Assembly: GCA_014874385.1 (NCBI GenBank)
Contig: JACWAE010000025.1
Span: 3,910 to 67,909, forward strand
DNA from: Dehalococcoidia bacterium
GTDB lineage: Bacteria > Chloroflexota > Dehalococcoidia > SZUA-161
DNA: 64,000 nucleotides
Direction of reading: 5' to 3'
Positions 27,018-37,088 of this stretch are shown here, piece by piece. Within the stretch, counting starts at the first letter, position 1, and every line of letters starts with the position of its first letter. The notes beneath the pieces were generated by a model. The model had not been told where the DNA came from. It saw nothing but the letters and a program-made list of their open reading frames with translations, and searched no databases. The position numbers were made by a program, and so were the translations under genes.

Positions 27018-27136
27018 TTGACTTTAGTGACTTGTGGGAGCATTATTCTGTACAACACTCTGTTGCGGGGAATGGCCTCTCGGGTATGCTGAAATTTTGC
27101 GCAGCTATAATCCAATACAACTAATGGAGGGATGAA

Positions 27137-27922
27137 ATGACTGAATCGGTTCAACTCATCAAAGACGGTCATATAACCAAACTGCTGCTCAACCGCCCTG
27201 AAGTGTACAATTCCATTGATCTTGACCTGGTTCAGCGTCTTCAGGAACGCCTTCTTTATCTTGCCATGGACAACACTTCGCGCGCTGTAGTTATTTCAGG
27301 GAATGGCAAAGCGTTCTGCGCCGGAGGTGATTTGAAGTGGATGCTTAACTTTCCCCGTGGTACCTCGGCTGCCCTTCATGAGTTGTCTGCCCGCTTACAC
27401 CAATCCGTTCTGGAGATTCGCAGGATGAAGAAACCTGTTATAGCGGCGATCAACGGGATTGCTGTAGGTGCTGGATTTTCACTGGCGCTGGCCTGTGATT
27501 TCCGCATCATGGCTCGCTCTGCATTCCTCCAGCAAGCCTATACCTCGGCTGGGCTTTGCCTCGACGGTGGGGGCTCATTCACGCTGCCTAGAATCGTGGG
27601 ACTGGCCAGGGCGCTCGAAATCGTAGCCTTCGACCAGCGCATCCCGGCAGAGCAAGCTCTTGCCTGGGGGTTGGTGACGCAGGTTGTGGATGATGGCCTG
27701 GCACTGGAAGAAGCTGTCAAGATAGCCAGGCAATTGGCGCAGGTCTCTATGAACTCCTTTGGTTGGTCTAAAAAACTGCTCACTGACTCGTTCCACACAT
27801 CGTTTGAGGCCCAACTTGAGCGGGAGAGGGAGGGTATCCGCAGTTGCGCTGCCCATCCGGACGGGCAGGAAGGAATCCGCGCGTTTATCGAGAAACGGAA
27901 ACCGGTGTTCAACCCTGAGTAG
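27137..27922 (+). CDS. Enoyl-CoA hydratase/isomerase (crotonase) family protein
   Basis: 'KAFCAGGDLK' and 'AAINGIAVGAGFSLALACDFRI' crotonase signatures. Confidence 0.9.
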   Translation: MTESVQLIKDGHITKLLLNRPEVYNSIDLDLVQRLQERLLYLAMDNTSRAVVISGNGKAFCAGGDLKWMLNFPRGTSAALHELSARLHQSVLEIRRMKKPVIAAINGIAVGAGFSLALACDFRIMARSAFLQQAYTSAGLCLDGGGSFTLPRIVGLARALEIVAFDQRIPAEQALAWGLVTQVVDDGLALEEAVKIARQLAQVSMNSFGWSKKLLTDSFHTSFEAQLEREREGIRSCAAHPDGQEGIRAFIEKRKPVFNPE

Positions 27923-27963
27923 ATTCCTAGTGAGGGTGATGGCTTAAAGCTCGCGTGTTTGCT

Positions 27964-28884
27964 CTAGGTCGCCTTCTTGTCCGAGATGCGGGCGTGACTG
28001 GATAATTGCCGCAGATATTCGACCCCTGTCTGATGGCCCTTTTCTATCATCTCCGTGGTATGGTTGAAGTCCCAGGTGCCCACCTCATTGAAACCCTCTA
28101 CCATGATATAATGGATTTTGTCCTGGGCTAGCTTGTTGGCCCAGCCCATATCATCAATAAATCGCTGATAGGCAGTGGCGTTCAATATCTGCCTGATAAC
28201 GCGGAGTACCCCTAGACGGCTTTTTCTTATGGTCTTGGTCTGGCGTTTTCCCACATCGATAGCATAAACCTCAGTGGCCTTCATCTGCACGGCAACGCGG
28301 ATGGGCAGGTCGCTGACTAGAGCGCCATCCACGTACTGCCGCCCCTGGTATTCCCAGGGGGCAAGAATTAGAGGATAAGCACTGCTTGCCATTACGGCGT
28401 CGATGACTGACTCGGTACGGTCTATGCCAAAGACACGCAGCTCGCCGGTACGGATGTCCACAGCCGTGATATATAGTTCTGCGGTTTTTATGTCCGCAAA
28501 CTTTTGCATATCTTTTGGCAATCGGGACTCTAGATAGTCCTTAAGCCTCTTATTGTCGAACAGGCTGCTTCGACCGGTGAGCAGGCGTATTGCCATGGAC
28601 ATATAGTTGTCGGGCAAGACATCTTTCTTGGTTACCCTACGCCACGTTTTTCCCAGCCACTTGGCCCCTTCCAGGGTAGGGTTAATAGCCATAGCTGTGG
28701 CGTTTATAGCTCCCACCGACGTACCTACCAGGATTCGCGGCCGAATTTCATGCTCCAGGAGGGCGAGAAGGGCCCCGACTTCGAGCGCACCCCGGTTGCC
28801 TCCCCCGCTGAGGACGAAGGCAACTTTATCTGCTGGTCTGCTTTGCGCTGTGGTGCCGTCGCCTTGGCTGCTGTCATCATCCAT
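27964..28884 (-). CDS. Patatin-like phospholipase
   Basis: 'LSGGGNRGALEVGAL' oxyanion loop, 'GTSVGA' GxSxG, 'DGAL' catalytic Asp. Confidence 0.85.
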   Translation of the reverse strand: MDDDSSQGDGTTAQSRPADKVAFVLSGGGNRGALEVGALLALLEHEIRPRILVGTSVGAINATAMAINPTLEGAKWLGKTWRRVTKKDVLPDNYMSMAIRLLTGRSSLFDNKRLKDYLESRLPKDMQKFADIKTAELYITAVDIRTGELRVFGIDRTESVIDAVMASSAYPLILAPWEYQGRQYVDGALVSDLPIRVAVQMKATEVYAIDVGKRQTKTIRKSRLGVLRVIRQILNATAYQRFIDDMGWANKLAQDKIHYIMVEGFNEVGTWDFNHTTEMIEKGHQTGVEYLRQLSSHARISDKKAT

Positions 28885-28997
28885 TTCTTCGAACCTTGTT
28901 ATGTAAGTGTACCACTAACTTGCGCTTTGCGCTAGCTCGTCATTATGTGGTTTATCCCCACATTTTAGTAAGTGGTATAATCGAGGTCGCTGATGAA

Positions 28998-29864
28998 ATG
29001 AACAGACAGTTCGGTGTCTCTACATGTTTGTGCACCGGGCAAGTCGAGAGACTTGCGCGCGGAGTTGGCAGGCCTGCCCAGGAGCGGTTGCTTAGAGGCT
29101 ACTTAAGCCTGTTGGACGATTTTGCCAGGTTTGTTCTGGAGAATGGTTTCGACACCATAGAGATTGAGTTCGGTTTCTCTATTATCGGTGCTGAACTTCT
29201 ATTTCCGTTGTTAGACGAGTTGAAAGCGATAATCCGCCCATTCCGCGCAGTATTCTGCCATCTTCCTCTGGGTGAGGTCAACATCGCTGCCCTTCATTCT
29301 ACCATGAGAAGAGAGGCTATTGCAGAGACAAAGAGGCACATTGACCTCTGTGGGGAACTGGGGATAAGCGTACTGGTAATGCATCCGGGCTGCTTTAGCG
29401 CAACCCCCGACAGATATGCATTGCTGGAAAAGCAGACCAGGCAAATAGCCGAGCAGAGCGTTTTCGAGATAGCCGATTATACCAAAAAGAAAAATATGGA
29501 GCTTTCCGTGGAGAACTTGCACTGTGGCGAGGCGCTCTTCAGAGAGCCGGGGGAATTTGAGCCATTTGTCCGCAAGGGAATCGGAATGACTCTGGATACC
29601 GTTCACGCCTTTGTCAGCGGTGTGAATCCGCTGGACTTTATCACCACATACGGTAAAAAAATCACCGAAGTCCATCTAACAGACGGCATTGCTGGCGATT
29701 CCTATGCTCACTATCCGGTGGGAACGGGCATGGTAGACTGCATAGCTGTTCTTCGGAAATTAGAGGAGATAGGCTACGATGGCAGGATTATCCTTGAAGT
29801 GAACTCCAAAGATGCTTTGCTCCAGAGCAAAAAGTTCCTCCAACAAAAAGGTTATCTGAAGTGA
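28998..29864 (+). CDS. Sugar phosphate isomerase/epimerase (xylose isomerase-like TIM barrel)
   Basis: 'IEIEF', 'VMHPG', 'LSVENL' and 'GRIILEV' blocks. Start chosen at ATG 28998 rather than the longer 28896 ORF, which would abut the divergent patatin start. Confidence 0.65.
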   Translation: MNRQFGVSTCLCTGQVERLARGVGRPAQERLLRGYLSLLDDFARFVLENGFDTIEIEFGFSIIGAELLFPLLDELKAIIRPFRAVFCHLPLGEVNIAALHSTMRREAIAETKRHIDLCGELGISVLVMHPGCFSATPDRYALLEKQTRQIAEQSVFEIADYTKKKNMELSVENLHCGEALFREPGEFEPFVRKGIGMTLDTVHAFVSGVNPLDFITTYGKKITEVHLTDGIAGDSYAHYPVGTGMVDCIAVLRKLEEIGYDGRIILEVNSKDALLQSKKFLQQKGYLK

Positions 29865-29918
29865 GATTGTTCATTTATTTATCTGGCATTGGCAATAGAA
29901 TTTCTTGGGGGTGAGAAG

Positions 29919-30350
29919 ATGAAAGTCAGCGAGAGTCAATGGAAGCTTATGCAGGAACACCTGGGGTACACTGACGAGGAGATGAAGGTTTTTAAGCGAA
30001 ATCCCAGGAATAAAGATGTCTTGTCGAAGGCTGCGGTCTTAATGAACAAGACGATCATTGCCGAAGTAGTCGAATCTAACGGGTGCAATAGCCACCACCG
30101 CATCGGTGACAAGTTGTATTTTGACGGGGCTGGCAATCTCCTAACCAGTCTCAGCCCGAAGAGGATTTGCATCTACGCCTTGGCCTCAGTGGCTACATTG
30201 ATTTTTACGTCAAATGAACTCTTCTATGCTGGAGTTGATCCGAATGAGATGAGATTCAAACGGACTGGTTGCTTTGATGTGGGGGTGCGATGTGGTGGTT
30301 GGGGTCACATTGTTCTGGAGCTGCGCGTGGAAGAACGCAAGAAGCGATGA
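29919..30350 (+). CDS. Hypothetical protein (possibly TIGR04076-like)
   Basis: ATG 29919 is preceded by GGGGGTGAG. Cys/His pattern 'GCNSHHRIGDKLYFDG...RICIYAL...GCFDVGVRCGGWGHIV'. Family call is tentative. Confidence 0.35.
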   Translation: MKVSESQWKLMQEHLGYTDEEMKVFKRNPRNKDVLSKAAVLMNKTIIAEVVESNGCNSHHRIGDKLYFDGAGNLLTSLSPKRICIYALASVATLIFTSNELFYAGVDPNEMRFKRTGCFDVGVRCGGWGHIVLELRVEERKKR

Positions 30351-30387
30351 GCTAAGAATACTAAGCTCGGACAAATTCACCTCTGAG

Positions 30388-30525
30388 ACAGATTATCAAA
30401 GCGAGTGAACTACGTGGAATAAGAGTAAGAACTTCCTATTGCTTGTGCTAACCACTATCCCCTAACACTGACAACACATGTGGCCCGACATGAGTGCGCC
30501 AACTACGGGACTGACCTTTGTTCTC
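30388..30525 (-). pseudogene. Decayed duplicate of the degV 3' end plus downstream sequence
   Basis: About 138 bp at ~85% identity to 31590-31728. Reverse translation starts 'RTKVSPVVG', as in DegV 'RTKVSPVVGTHVGPHVLAVSVLGDRG*', then frameshifts (1-nt insertion, 6-nt deletion). Confidence 0.7.
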
Positions 30526-30860
30526 TTTCCACTTGCACTGAGCTTGCCAGTTAAGAGCGAGCAGCCCGAGCTCTCCCTGACTCCTGTCTTGGTAACAGAT
30601 TGTGCGTTTGGCAAAGGGATTTTGTATGACGGAACGGTAAATGTAATGACTTTTTCAGCTTTTTTCCCTTCATTTTATGACTATTATATGGTTTGTTGCC
30701 TAGAATTGCTGCGCGTACAACTATGCGTATAACATTTTCCATGCCGAACAGATAATTAAGGAACAAAGTTGTAGATAACAATTAGAATTACAGTACTAGC
30801 ACTAGTCGACACCGATTATGCGAAGGCAAGAAGACCACTTCTGAAAGGAGCTGGAATAAA

Positions 30861-31541
30861 ATGACTGCACCCTATTTGGTTCTGCCTACTCTGATAGTCA
30901 TATTTGCTTCTTTGCTCATAGTCAGGGCTGCCGGGATCGTCTTGAGGATGACCGGGCTTGATAAAGATACCGCCAATTTTCAGGCTCTGTCTGCTTTTAC
31001 GAGAACAGGCTTTACTACAAAGGAGGCTGAGCTCGTAATGAACAATCCTCAAAGGCGCCGCATCGTGACCTGGCTTATCATACTCGGTAACGCAGGGCTT
31101 ATCGCAGTCATCGTCAGCGCCACTTCATCGTTAAGCAGGGGCACGGGCTATGAGATGCTTATCAGTATAGGCGCACTTATTGTAGGAGTCTACCTTATTT
31201 TCTTGGTGGGGCGTCATGTCGGCTTTACCGGTAGATGGGAAAGGTTCATTGAGAATCGACTTGTCCGGTCACGTGTTTCCAGGGCAACCTCGATAAATCG
31301 ATTGCTGCATCTGGCAGGAGGTTATGGAATTGCTGAAGTGTCTGTTGGACAGGGCTCCTCGCTTATTGGACGTTCTATTGAAGAAAAGCATCTGTTACAA
31401 GGAGATATGGTCATTTTGGGCATCGAACGAAGTCAAAGGTGGGTAGATAGGCCGTCTGCTCAACAGGTGATCGATGTTGGAGACAGACTCATTATATACG
31501 GGCAACTTAATGCATTGGAAAGCTTGTTCAGTACCATTTAG
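30861..31541 (+). CDS. Membrane protein with C-terminal TrkA-C (RCK_C) domain
   Basis: N-terminal TM helices. C-terminal 'GSSLIGRSIEEKHLLQGDMVILGIERSQRW...VGDRLIIYG' is typical of TrkA_C. Good RBS (GAAAGGAG). Confidence 0.55.
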   Translation: MTAPYLVLPTLIVIFASLLIVRAAGIVLRMTGLDKDTANFQALSAFTRTGFTTKEAELVMNNPQRRRIVTWLIILGNAGLIAVIVSATSSLSRGTGYEMLISIGALIVGVYLIFLVGRHVGFTGRWERFIENRLVRSRVSRATSINRLLHLAGGYGIAEVSVGQGSSLIGRSIEEKHLLQGDMVILGIERSQRWVDRPSAQQVIDVGDRLIIYGQLNALESLFSTI

Positions 31542-31647
31542 AAACTCCGGCCTGTGCAGCCATCGTGGCGACCACGAACCTTTCGAACGCAGCTTATCGA
31601 AGCGCTGAACTGCTTGGAATAGAAGCAGGAACTTCCCGTTGACTGTA

Positions 31648-32490
31648 CTAACCTCTATCCCCTAACACTGACACGGCCAGCACATGTGGCCCGACGTGAG
31701 TGCCAACCACGGGACTGACCTTTGTTCTGTAGATACGCTCTTTGGGGAATCTGGAACTGATACGTTCAGCCAGCATATCCGCTTCATCGGGGGTAGCAGC
31801 ATCTTCAATAGCCAACTCCTCGATGTTTGAAAAGCTCGCAGCAAACTTATACAGGAATTCTATGGCTTTTGTGCGAGACCTCGGCTTGGCGACAGGCCGG
31901 CCTTCACCTTCTTCCAGGGTCATGATAGGGTTCACCTTTAGCATTGAGCCCAGAAAAGCTTGTGCGGCACTGACACGGCCACTCCTTTTAAGATATTCCA
32001 GCGTATCGAAGGCAAAATATATCTTTGATCGATAGATATTCCGCTGAGTTATCTTCAGCACATCCTCGATTTTAGCTCCGGCATTTGCTGCTTTGGCGGC
32101 AGCGATAGCGATTAATCCCAGCGCCATGCAACCTGCCTTCGAATCGATTATCTCTATGCGGCATTTCTTTTTCATCATCCCGACTGCTTGCGATTCCATC
32201 GTGTAGGCAGAAGATAACTTGCTGGCTAAAGCGATGACGACAATTTCATCCGTCTCCTGAGCTAACTTGTCATAAACTTGAGCGAAGGCAGCAGGACCGG
32301 GGACGGCGGTGGTAGGTAAAGTCTTGCTGGATTCGAGCTTCCGGTAGAATTCCTCGGTCGTTAAGTCAACACCGTCTCGGTAAGATTCTTTGCCGAAGTT
32401 AATATACAATGGCACCACTGCTATCCCCAAATCGCCCGCAATTTGGGTGTTCAGGTCGGAAGTGCTGTCGGTAACAATCTTTACAGTCAT
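31648..32490 (-). CDS. DegV family fatty-acid-binding protein
   Basis: 'VKIVTDSTSDL' N-terminus and the overall DegV pattern. Confidence 0.88.
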   Translation of the reverse strand: MTVKIVTDSTSDLNTQIAGDLGIAVVPLYINFGKESYRDGVDLTTEEFYRKLESSKTLPTTAVPGPAAFAQVYDKLAQETDEIVVIALASKLSSAYTMESQAVGMMKKKCRIEIIDSKAGCMALGLIAIAAAKAANAGAKIEDVLKITQRNIYRSKIYFAFDTLEYLKRSGRVSAAQAFLGSMLKVNPIMTLEEGEGRPVAKPRSRTKAIEFLYKFAASFSNIEELAIEDAATPDEADMLAERISSRFPKERIYRTKVSPVVGTHVGPHVLAVSVLGDRG

Positions 32491-32518
32491 ATTGCTTCGA
32501 AAAGTAGACTCTTTCTTA

Positions 32519-32590
32519 CCGTTCGCCCTGAGCCCGTCGAAGGGTGAACGGCCTGTTCACAGTGATACCTTCGGCAAGCTCGTGGCAGAT
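32519..32590. repeat. REP-like element, same family as 16531-16622
   Basis: CCGTTCGCCCTGAGCCCGTCGAAGGGTGAACGG followed by a second, degenerate hairpin. Confidence 0.6.
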
Positions 32591-32804
32591 TCCTGAATGC
32601 AGCTTTATTCCTGCCCCTCTATTCTATCTTGCTATTTCCCAACAAGCAATAAGAGTAATACGGTATTCTAGCTTATTCTTTACGGCCCATATTGACACCC
32701 CAGTATTCCATAGTATAAATTAGCCTGGAACAAACCACTGCTCCGCAGCTTGCACCAGCCTGCAAAATGATGACATATCGTAACCACCTGCCTTAGGAGG
32801 TGTC

Positions 32805-35231
32805 ATGGAAGAGGCTGTAGAACAGATGAAGGACCTGGCCCAAAAATCCCTGTCGGCGACAAGCGGAACCATCAGTGTAGCGGGGTTGAAGGATGAGGTC
32901 CGCATTATCAGAGACCAGTGGGGAGTACCTCATATCTTTGCCTCCAATGTGGAAGACCTCTTCTACGCCGAGGGTTACACCCATGCCCAGGAGAGGCTGT
33001 GGCATATGGAGTTTAATCGCCGTCTGGCTAGCGGTACCCTCGCTGAAATGCTGGGCGAACTTCCTCTGGACATCGACATGTTCATGCGTACTATAGGGCT
33101 GAGACGAGCTGCTCAGGCAGCAGCCAGGTTCATCCAGGGAAAGGGCGATAAGCTCACCAGGACCGTGACCGGGGCTTATGTCAGGGGAGTCAATGAGTTC
33201 ATTGAGAGCCACCTCGACAGCCCTCCTTTTGAATACAGATTCCTGGGCTGGCAGCCATCTCCCTGGACATTAGCGGATACTGCTGTCTGCGGCCTGCTTG
33301 TGGCCTGGCAGTTGTCCACGAATTGGGATAACGAAATACTGAGGGCGGACCTGATCGAGCGGCTGGGCGAAAAGCGCGCCCATGACTTGCTCCCCTTTTA
33401 TCCATCTGAGGCATCGCTTATTATTCCGTCAAACGGTGTATTTAGAGATATGGCGGCATCACTGCTGGAATGCCAGAAGAAAGCAACAGGTTCCCTCGGC
33501 TCGGACGCAGTGCCGCCTGGCAGCAATAACTGGGTAATAGATGGAAGCAAGTCCACCACGGGCATGCCTCTTCTTGCCAACGACCCTCACCTGTTAATCG
33601 GAATGCCCTCCGTCTGGTACGAAGTAAATCTGGTAGCTTCCGAATTCAACGTCATCGGTGCTACCTTCCCCGGATTACCCCAGGTGTTCATTGGGCATAA
33701 TGAGCGTATTGCCTGGGGGCTTACCAATCTGGGCTCCGATGTTCAGGACCTGTATATCGAGAAGTTGAATCCAAAAAATCGCCGCCAATACCTGTATCAG
33801 GGCAACTGGGAAGATGCCGAAGTCTGCCTTGAGCAATTTCCGGTACGCGGCAAGGAGGAGCCCGTTACCAAGGAGGTCTTGATTACGCGCCATGGCCCCA
33901 TAATTGACTCTATACTTCAGGGGATGGCAAAACCCGAGATAAGGAAAGGACTTCGCCAGACTGTAGCCCTCCGTTGGACCGGGCATGAGCCATCTCACTC
34001 TGCTCTTGCCCTTAAAGGACTGCTCAAACTAAACGCATCCAGCAACTGGAAGGAGTTCAGAGAAGCCCTGCGTCTTTGCGGCCTTATCTCGCAGAACGTA
34101 GTGTATGCCGATGTGGAGGGCAACATCGGTTATGTCGCCAACAGCATCATCCCTATAAGGGCGAAAGGGCAGGGGCTGGTCCCAGTGCCGGGATGGACTG
34201 GAGAATACGAATGGACAGGTTATATCCCATTCGATGAGCTCCCGAGCGCTTTTAACCCTCCCACTCATTTCTTTGCTACCGCAAACAACAAAATAGTGGA
34301 TGATGACTACCCATATCTTATCACTCATGACTGGCTGCCGGCCTATCGGGTCAGGCGTATAGTACAGATGCTGACCGCCCGAGAAAAGCTCTCCCTGGAT
34401 GATTTCAAGAAAATGCAGGCAGACGTTTACAGCCTTCAGTCCCAGGAGCTTATCCCTCTCCTGACCCGGCTAAAACCAAAGAACCAGCGTCAGAACGAGG
34501 CGCTTGATTATTTTCGTTCCTGGGATTTTCGCATGGACAGGGATAGCATTCCTGCCGCTCTGTACCATATGTGGTATCTAAAACTGGTGCAGAACCTCCT
34601 CAGGGGTAAACTGGGCCAGGATATTTATGAGCATTACTTCTATAAAAGACTGCTCACTAACTGCTTCCATATTTTGGCTATGCCTGGGCTGCTGGAGTAT
34701 CCCACCTCATACTGGTTCGGCGATGGCTCCAGGTCAAATGTGGAAAAGCGGGACGAACTTGTGAGTGCCAGTCTGGAACAGGCCATTGAGGAACTCACCA
34801 AAACACTGGGCCCCGATATGTCGACCTGGCATTGGGGCAGGCTGCATACCGCCACTTTCCGTCATCCGCTCGGAGTGATCCCACCACTGGACCAAATCCT
34901 GAACGCAGGACCTGTAGGGGTAGGCGGCGATGAGTATACAGTAAACAATGGTGGGTTAGATTACAGCGCAGACTTCGCCCAGGTCGTTATCCCCAGCTAT
35001 CGCCAGATCGTAGACCTGAGTGACCTGTCGAAGTCGATATCAATGCACAGCACAGGTCAGTCGGGGCAGCCAGCCAGCGACCACTACAGGGACTTCGTGG
35101 AACCCTGGGCCAAGGTAGAATATCATCCTATGCTCTTTGATAAAGAAACCATTGAGAGGGAGGCTGCAGAAGTGCTCCGACTGGTACCCTCAGGTGGTGA
35201 GAAGCTGACTCGTAAAAAGAGGAAGGCATGA
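32805..35231 (+). CDS. Penicillin/AHL acylase family Ntn-hydrolase
   Basis: 'PPGSNNWVIDGSKSTTGMPLLANDPHL' contains the autoprocessing site and nucleophilic Ser. 808 aa is typical of the family. Confidence 0.85.
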   Translation: MEEAVEQMKDLAQKSLSATSGTISVAGLKDEVRIIRDQWGVPHIFASNVEDLFYAEGYTHAQERLWHMEFNRRLASGTLAEMLGELPLDIDMFMRTIGLRRAAQAAARFIQGKGDKLTRTVTGAYVRGVNEFIESHLDSPPFEYRFLGWQPSPWTLADTAVCGLLVAWQLSTNWDNEILRADLIERLGEKRAHDLLPFYPSEASLIIPSNGVFRDMAASLLECQKKATGSLGSDAVPPGSNNWVIDGSKSTTGMPLLANDPHLLIGMPSVWYEVNLVASEFNVIGATFPGLPQVFIGHNERIAWGLTNLGSDVQDLYIEKLNPKNRRQYLYQGNWEDAEVCLEQFPVRGKEEPVTKEVLITRHGPIIDSILQGMAKPEIRKGLRQTVALRWTGHEPSHSALALKGLLKLNASSNWKEFREALRLCGLISQNVVYADVEGNIGYVANSIIPIRAKGQGLVPVPGWTGEYEWTGYIPFDELPSAFNPPTHFFATANNKIVDDDYPYLITHDWLPAYRVRRIVQMLTAREKLSLDDFKKMQADVYSLQSQELIPLLTRLKPKNQRQNEALDYFRSWDFRMDRDSIPAALYHMWYLKLVQNLLRGKLGQDIYEHYFYKRLLTNCFHILAMPGLLEYPTSYWFGDGSRSNVEKRDELVSASLEQAIEELTKTLGPDMSTWHWGRLHTATFRHPLGVIPPLDQILNAGPVGVGGDEYTVNNGGLDYSADFAQVVIPSYRQIVDLSDLSKSISMHSTGQSGQPASDHYRDFVEPWAKVEYHPMLFDKETIEREAAEVLRLVPSGGEKLTRKKRKA

Positions 35232-35303
35232 AATAGTCGCAGCTCTGAATTTCGGGAACGTGACCTGGTGCTAGCCCAAGTTTCAATTATTGACTGTCAA
35301 TTA

Positions 35304-37088
35304 TCAATGCTTGCCTGTTTTAACCGCGCCTTGCGGCGGCTGCGCTACCATTTTGGCGACCTTGAATCTCAGGTCGCAGCCCATGCACCGTAGCGCTTCC
35401 TCTGCTCCCGCCTCGTCGCTGAATCCCAGCTCTGCCTTGGCGGGTTTGCCTTTTCCTTGCTCTACGGAGGCCGTGGGCATAGCGACGCGCTTCCGCTGGG
35501 CGAAGTTCGGTATCCTGCCTATCCTGTGAACTCCTTCTTGCACCGGGGCCAGCGCTTCTTCAATATTGCCGCTGCCGCCCAGATAGCGGTCTATGGAGGC
35601 GGCGGCTTTCCTGCCCACCGCCACTGATTTAATAAAGATGTGCTTGCCGGTAACCTCTTCGCCCATCGTGAATAGACCTTTCCTGCCGGTGCTGAGATCA
35701 TCGGGGTTGACCGTGATGCCGGACTCGGCTGCCTTGCGGGTGTCCAGAGCTACGAATACTGCCTGGAAGCCGTCCTGGAACAGCCTGTCCATTGTCTCCA
35801 TCCTGGCCTGTGTCTTTATCTCCACTCCCAGCCTCTTGAGCATCTCCAGTTCATCATCGAGCATCTGGCGAGGCAGGTCGTACTCAGGTGTCGCTGTGCG
35901 TAATATGCCGCCCGCCTGAGGCTCAGATTCGAAAACGGTCACCGCGTGCCCGCCCTTCTTAGCCAGGTAGTAGGCTGCGGTCAAGCCTGCAGGGCCCGAG
36001 CCGACGATGGCTGCTTTTTTGCCCGAAGCAGGCGCTTTGCTCTCCAGAGCCCATTTTACGTTTGCCCGCTCGGCAGCGAATCGCTCCAGCCCCCTGATAG
36101 CCAGCCCCTGGTCAAGCTTGCTGCGCCTGCAGGCAATCTCGCAGGGACGCGAGCAGATACGGCTGCATATATGGGCAAAGGGTACTTTCTCCTGAATTAC
36201 TGCCAGAGCCTCATTATACTTACGCTCCCTGATGAACCTGATGAAGCGCGGCACGTCTACCCCTGCGGCGCAGGCGTACATGCAGCGAATCATGGCTCTC
36301 CTGGGGTCAGGCCAGCGCTGCCACTCATCGCCTACGTCCATCAACGCCCCTGTAGGGCAGACCTCCACGCAGCAGCCGCAGAAGGTGCAACCGGACTCCA
36401 GGAGCGGCCTGCCGAAGGCTCCGCCGATGAAAGTATCCTTGCCACGGCGGTTGAAGGCGATTGCTTCTATTCCCAGAATCTCCTGGTCTACCCTGACACA
36501 GCGTCCGCAGAGGATGCAGAGGTCGTTATTGCGCACGATGAAGGGATTCTCTCTCTCGATGGGGTATCCCTTGGAGGTGTAAGGATAGGGCATCTTGCCC
36601 AGTCCGATGAAATCAACCGCTCTCTGCACCTCGCAGCGGTCGTTATTGGGGCAGAGGATGCAAAATTGTTCGTTTACACTCATCAGGCGCAGGCAGGTGC
36701 CCCCCGGCTTGCATCGCTCAATGCGGTGGCATTCCAGGCAGGCAAATGGATGCCTCGCCAGCATCATCTGCAATATCTTGCGGCGCATGTCGTTCACTTC
36801 AGGTGTGTTGTTATGGACGACCATGCCCTCTGTTGCTGGCTCGCTGCAGGCCGTGATGAAGCCTTCCCTTCCCTCGATCTGCACCTGGCACAGCCGGCAT
36901 GCCCCGAAGGGCAGCTTGATATCTCGCAACGAACATAGATTGGGTATATAGATATTGTTGTCCAGCGCTGCTTCCAGTATCCTCTTGCCCTCGATAGTCT
37001 TAATTTCAACGCCATCTATCTTTATCGTAACGACTTTTGCTTTGGTTATCGTGCTTTCCACTGGCATTGTACCTCGCTTATTTCGCAC
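35304..37088 (-). CDS. NuoG/HydA-N-terminal-like Fe-S protein fused to a GltD-like NAD(P)H oxidoreductase
   Basis: 2Fe-2S ('ACRLCQVQIEG'), His-ligated cluster region ('HPFACLECH...C'), 2x CxxCxxCxxxCP, then 'AAIVGSGPAGLTAAYYLAKKGGH'. Confidence 0.75.
   Translation of the reverse strand: MRNKRGTMPVESTITKAKVVTIKIDGVEIKTIEGKRILEAALDNNIYIPNLCSLRDIKLPFGACRLCQVQIEGREGFITACSEPATEGMVVHNNTPEVNDMRRKILQMMLARHPFACLECHRIERCKPGGTCLRLMSVNEQFCILCPNNDRCEVQRAVDFIGLGKMPYPYTSKGYPIERENPFIVRNNDLCILCGRCVRVDQEILGIEAIAFNRRGKDTFIGGAFGRPLLESGCTFCGCCVEVCPTGALMDVGDEWQRWPDPRRAMIRCMYACAAGVDVPRFIRFIRERKYNEALAVIQEKVPFAHICSRICSRPCEIACRRSKLDQGLAIRGLERFAAERANVKWALESKAPASGKKAAIVGSGPAGLTAAYYLAKKGGHAVTVFESEPQAGGILRTATPEYDLPRQMLDDELEMLKRLGVEIKTQARMETMDRLFQDGFQAVFVALDTRKAAESGITVNPDDLSTGRKGLFTMGEEVTGKHIFIKSVAVGRKAAASIDRYLGGSGNIEEALAPVQEGVHRIGRIPNFAQRKRVAMPTASVEQGKGKPAKAELGFSDEAGAEEALRCMGCDLRFKVAKMVAQPPQGAVKTGKH

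Noticed and set aside
35270-35300. Palindrome ATTGACTGTCAAT between the convergent acylase and GltD-fusion genes, as a regulatory site
   Set aside because: It sits between two 3' ends, so it is more likely a weak bidirectional terminator or a chance AT-rich palindrome. There is no supporting context.
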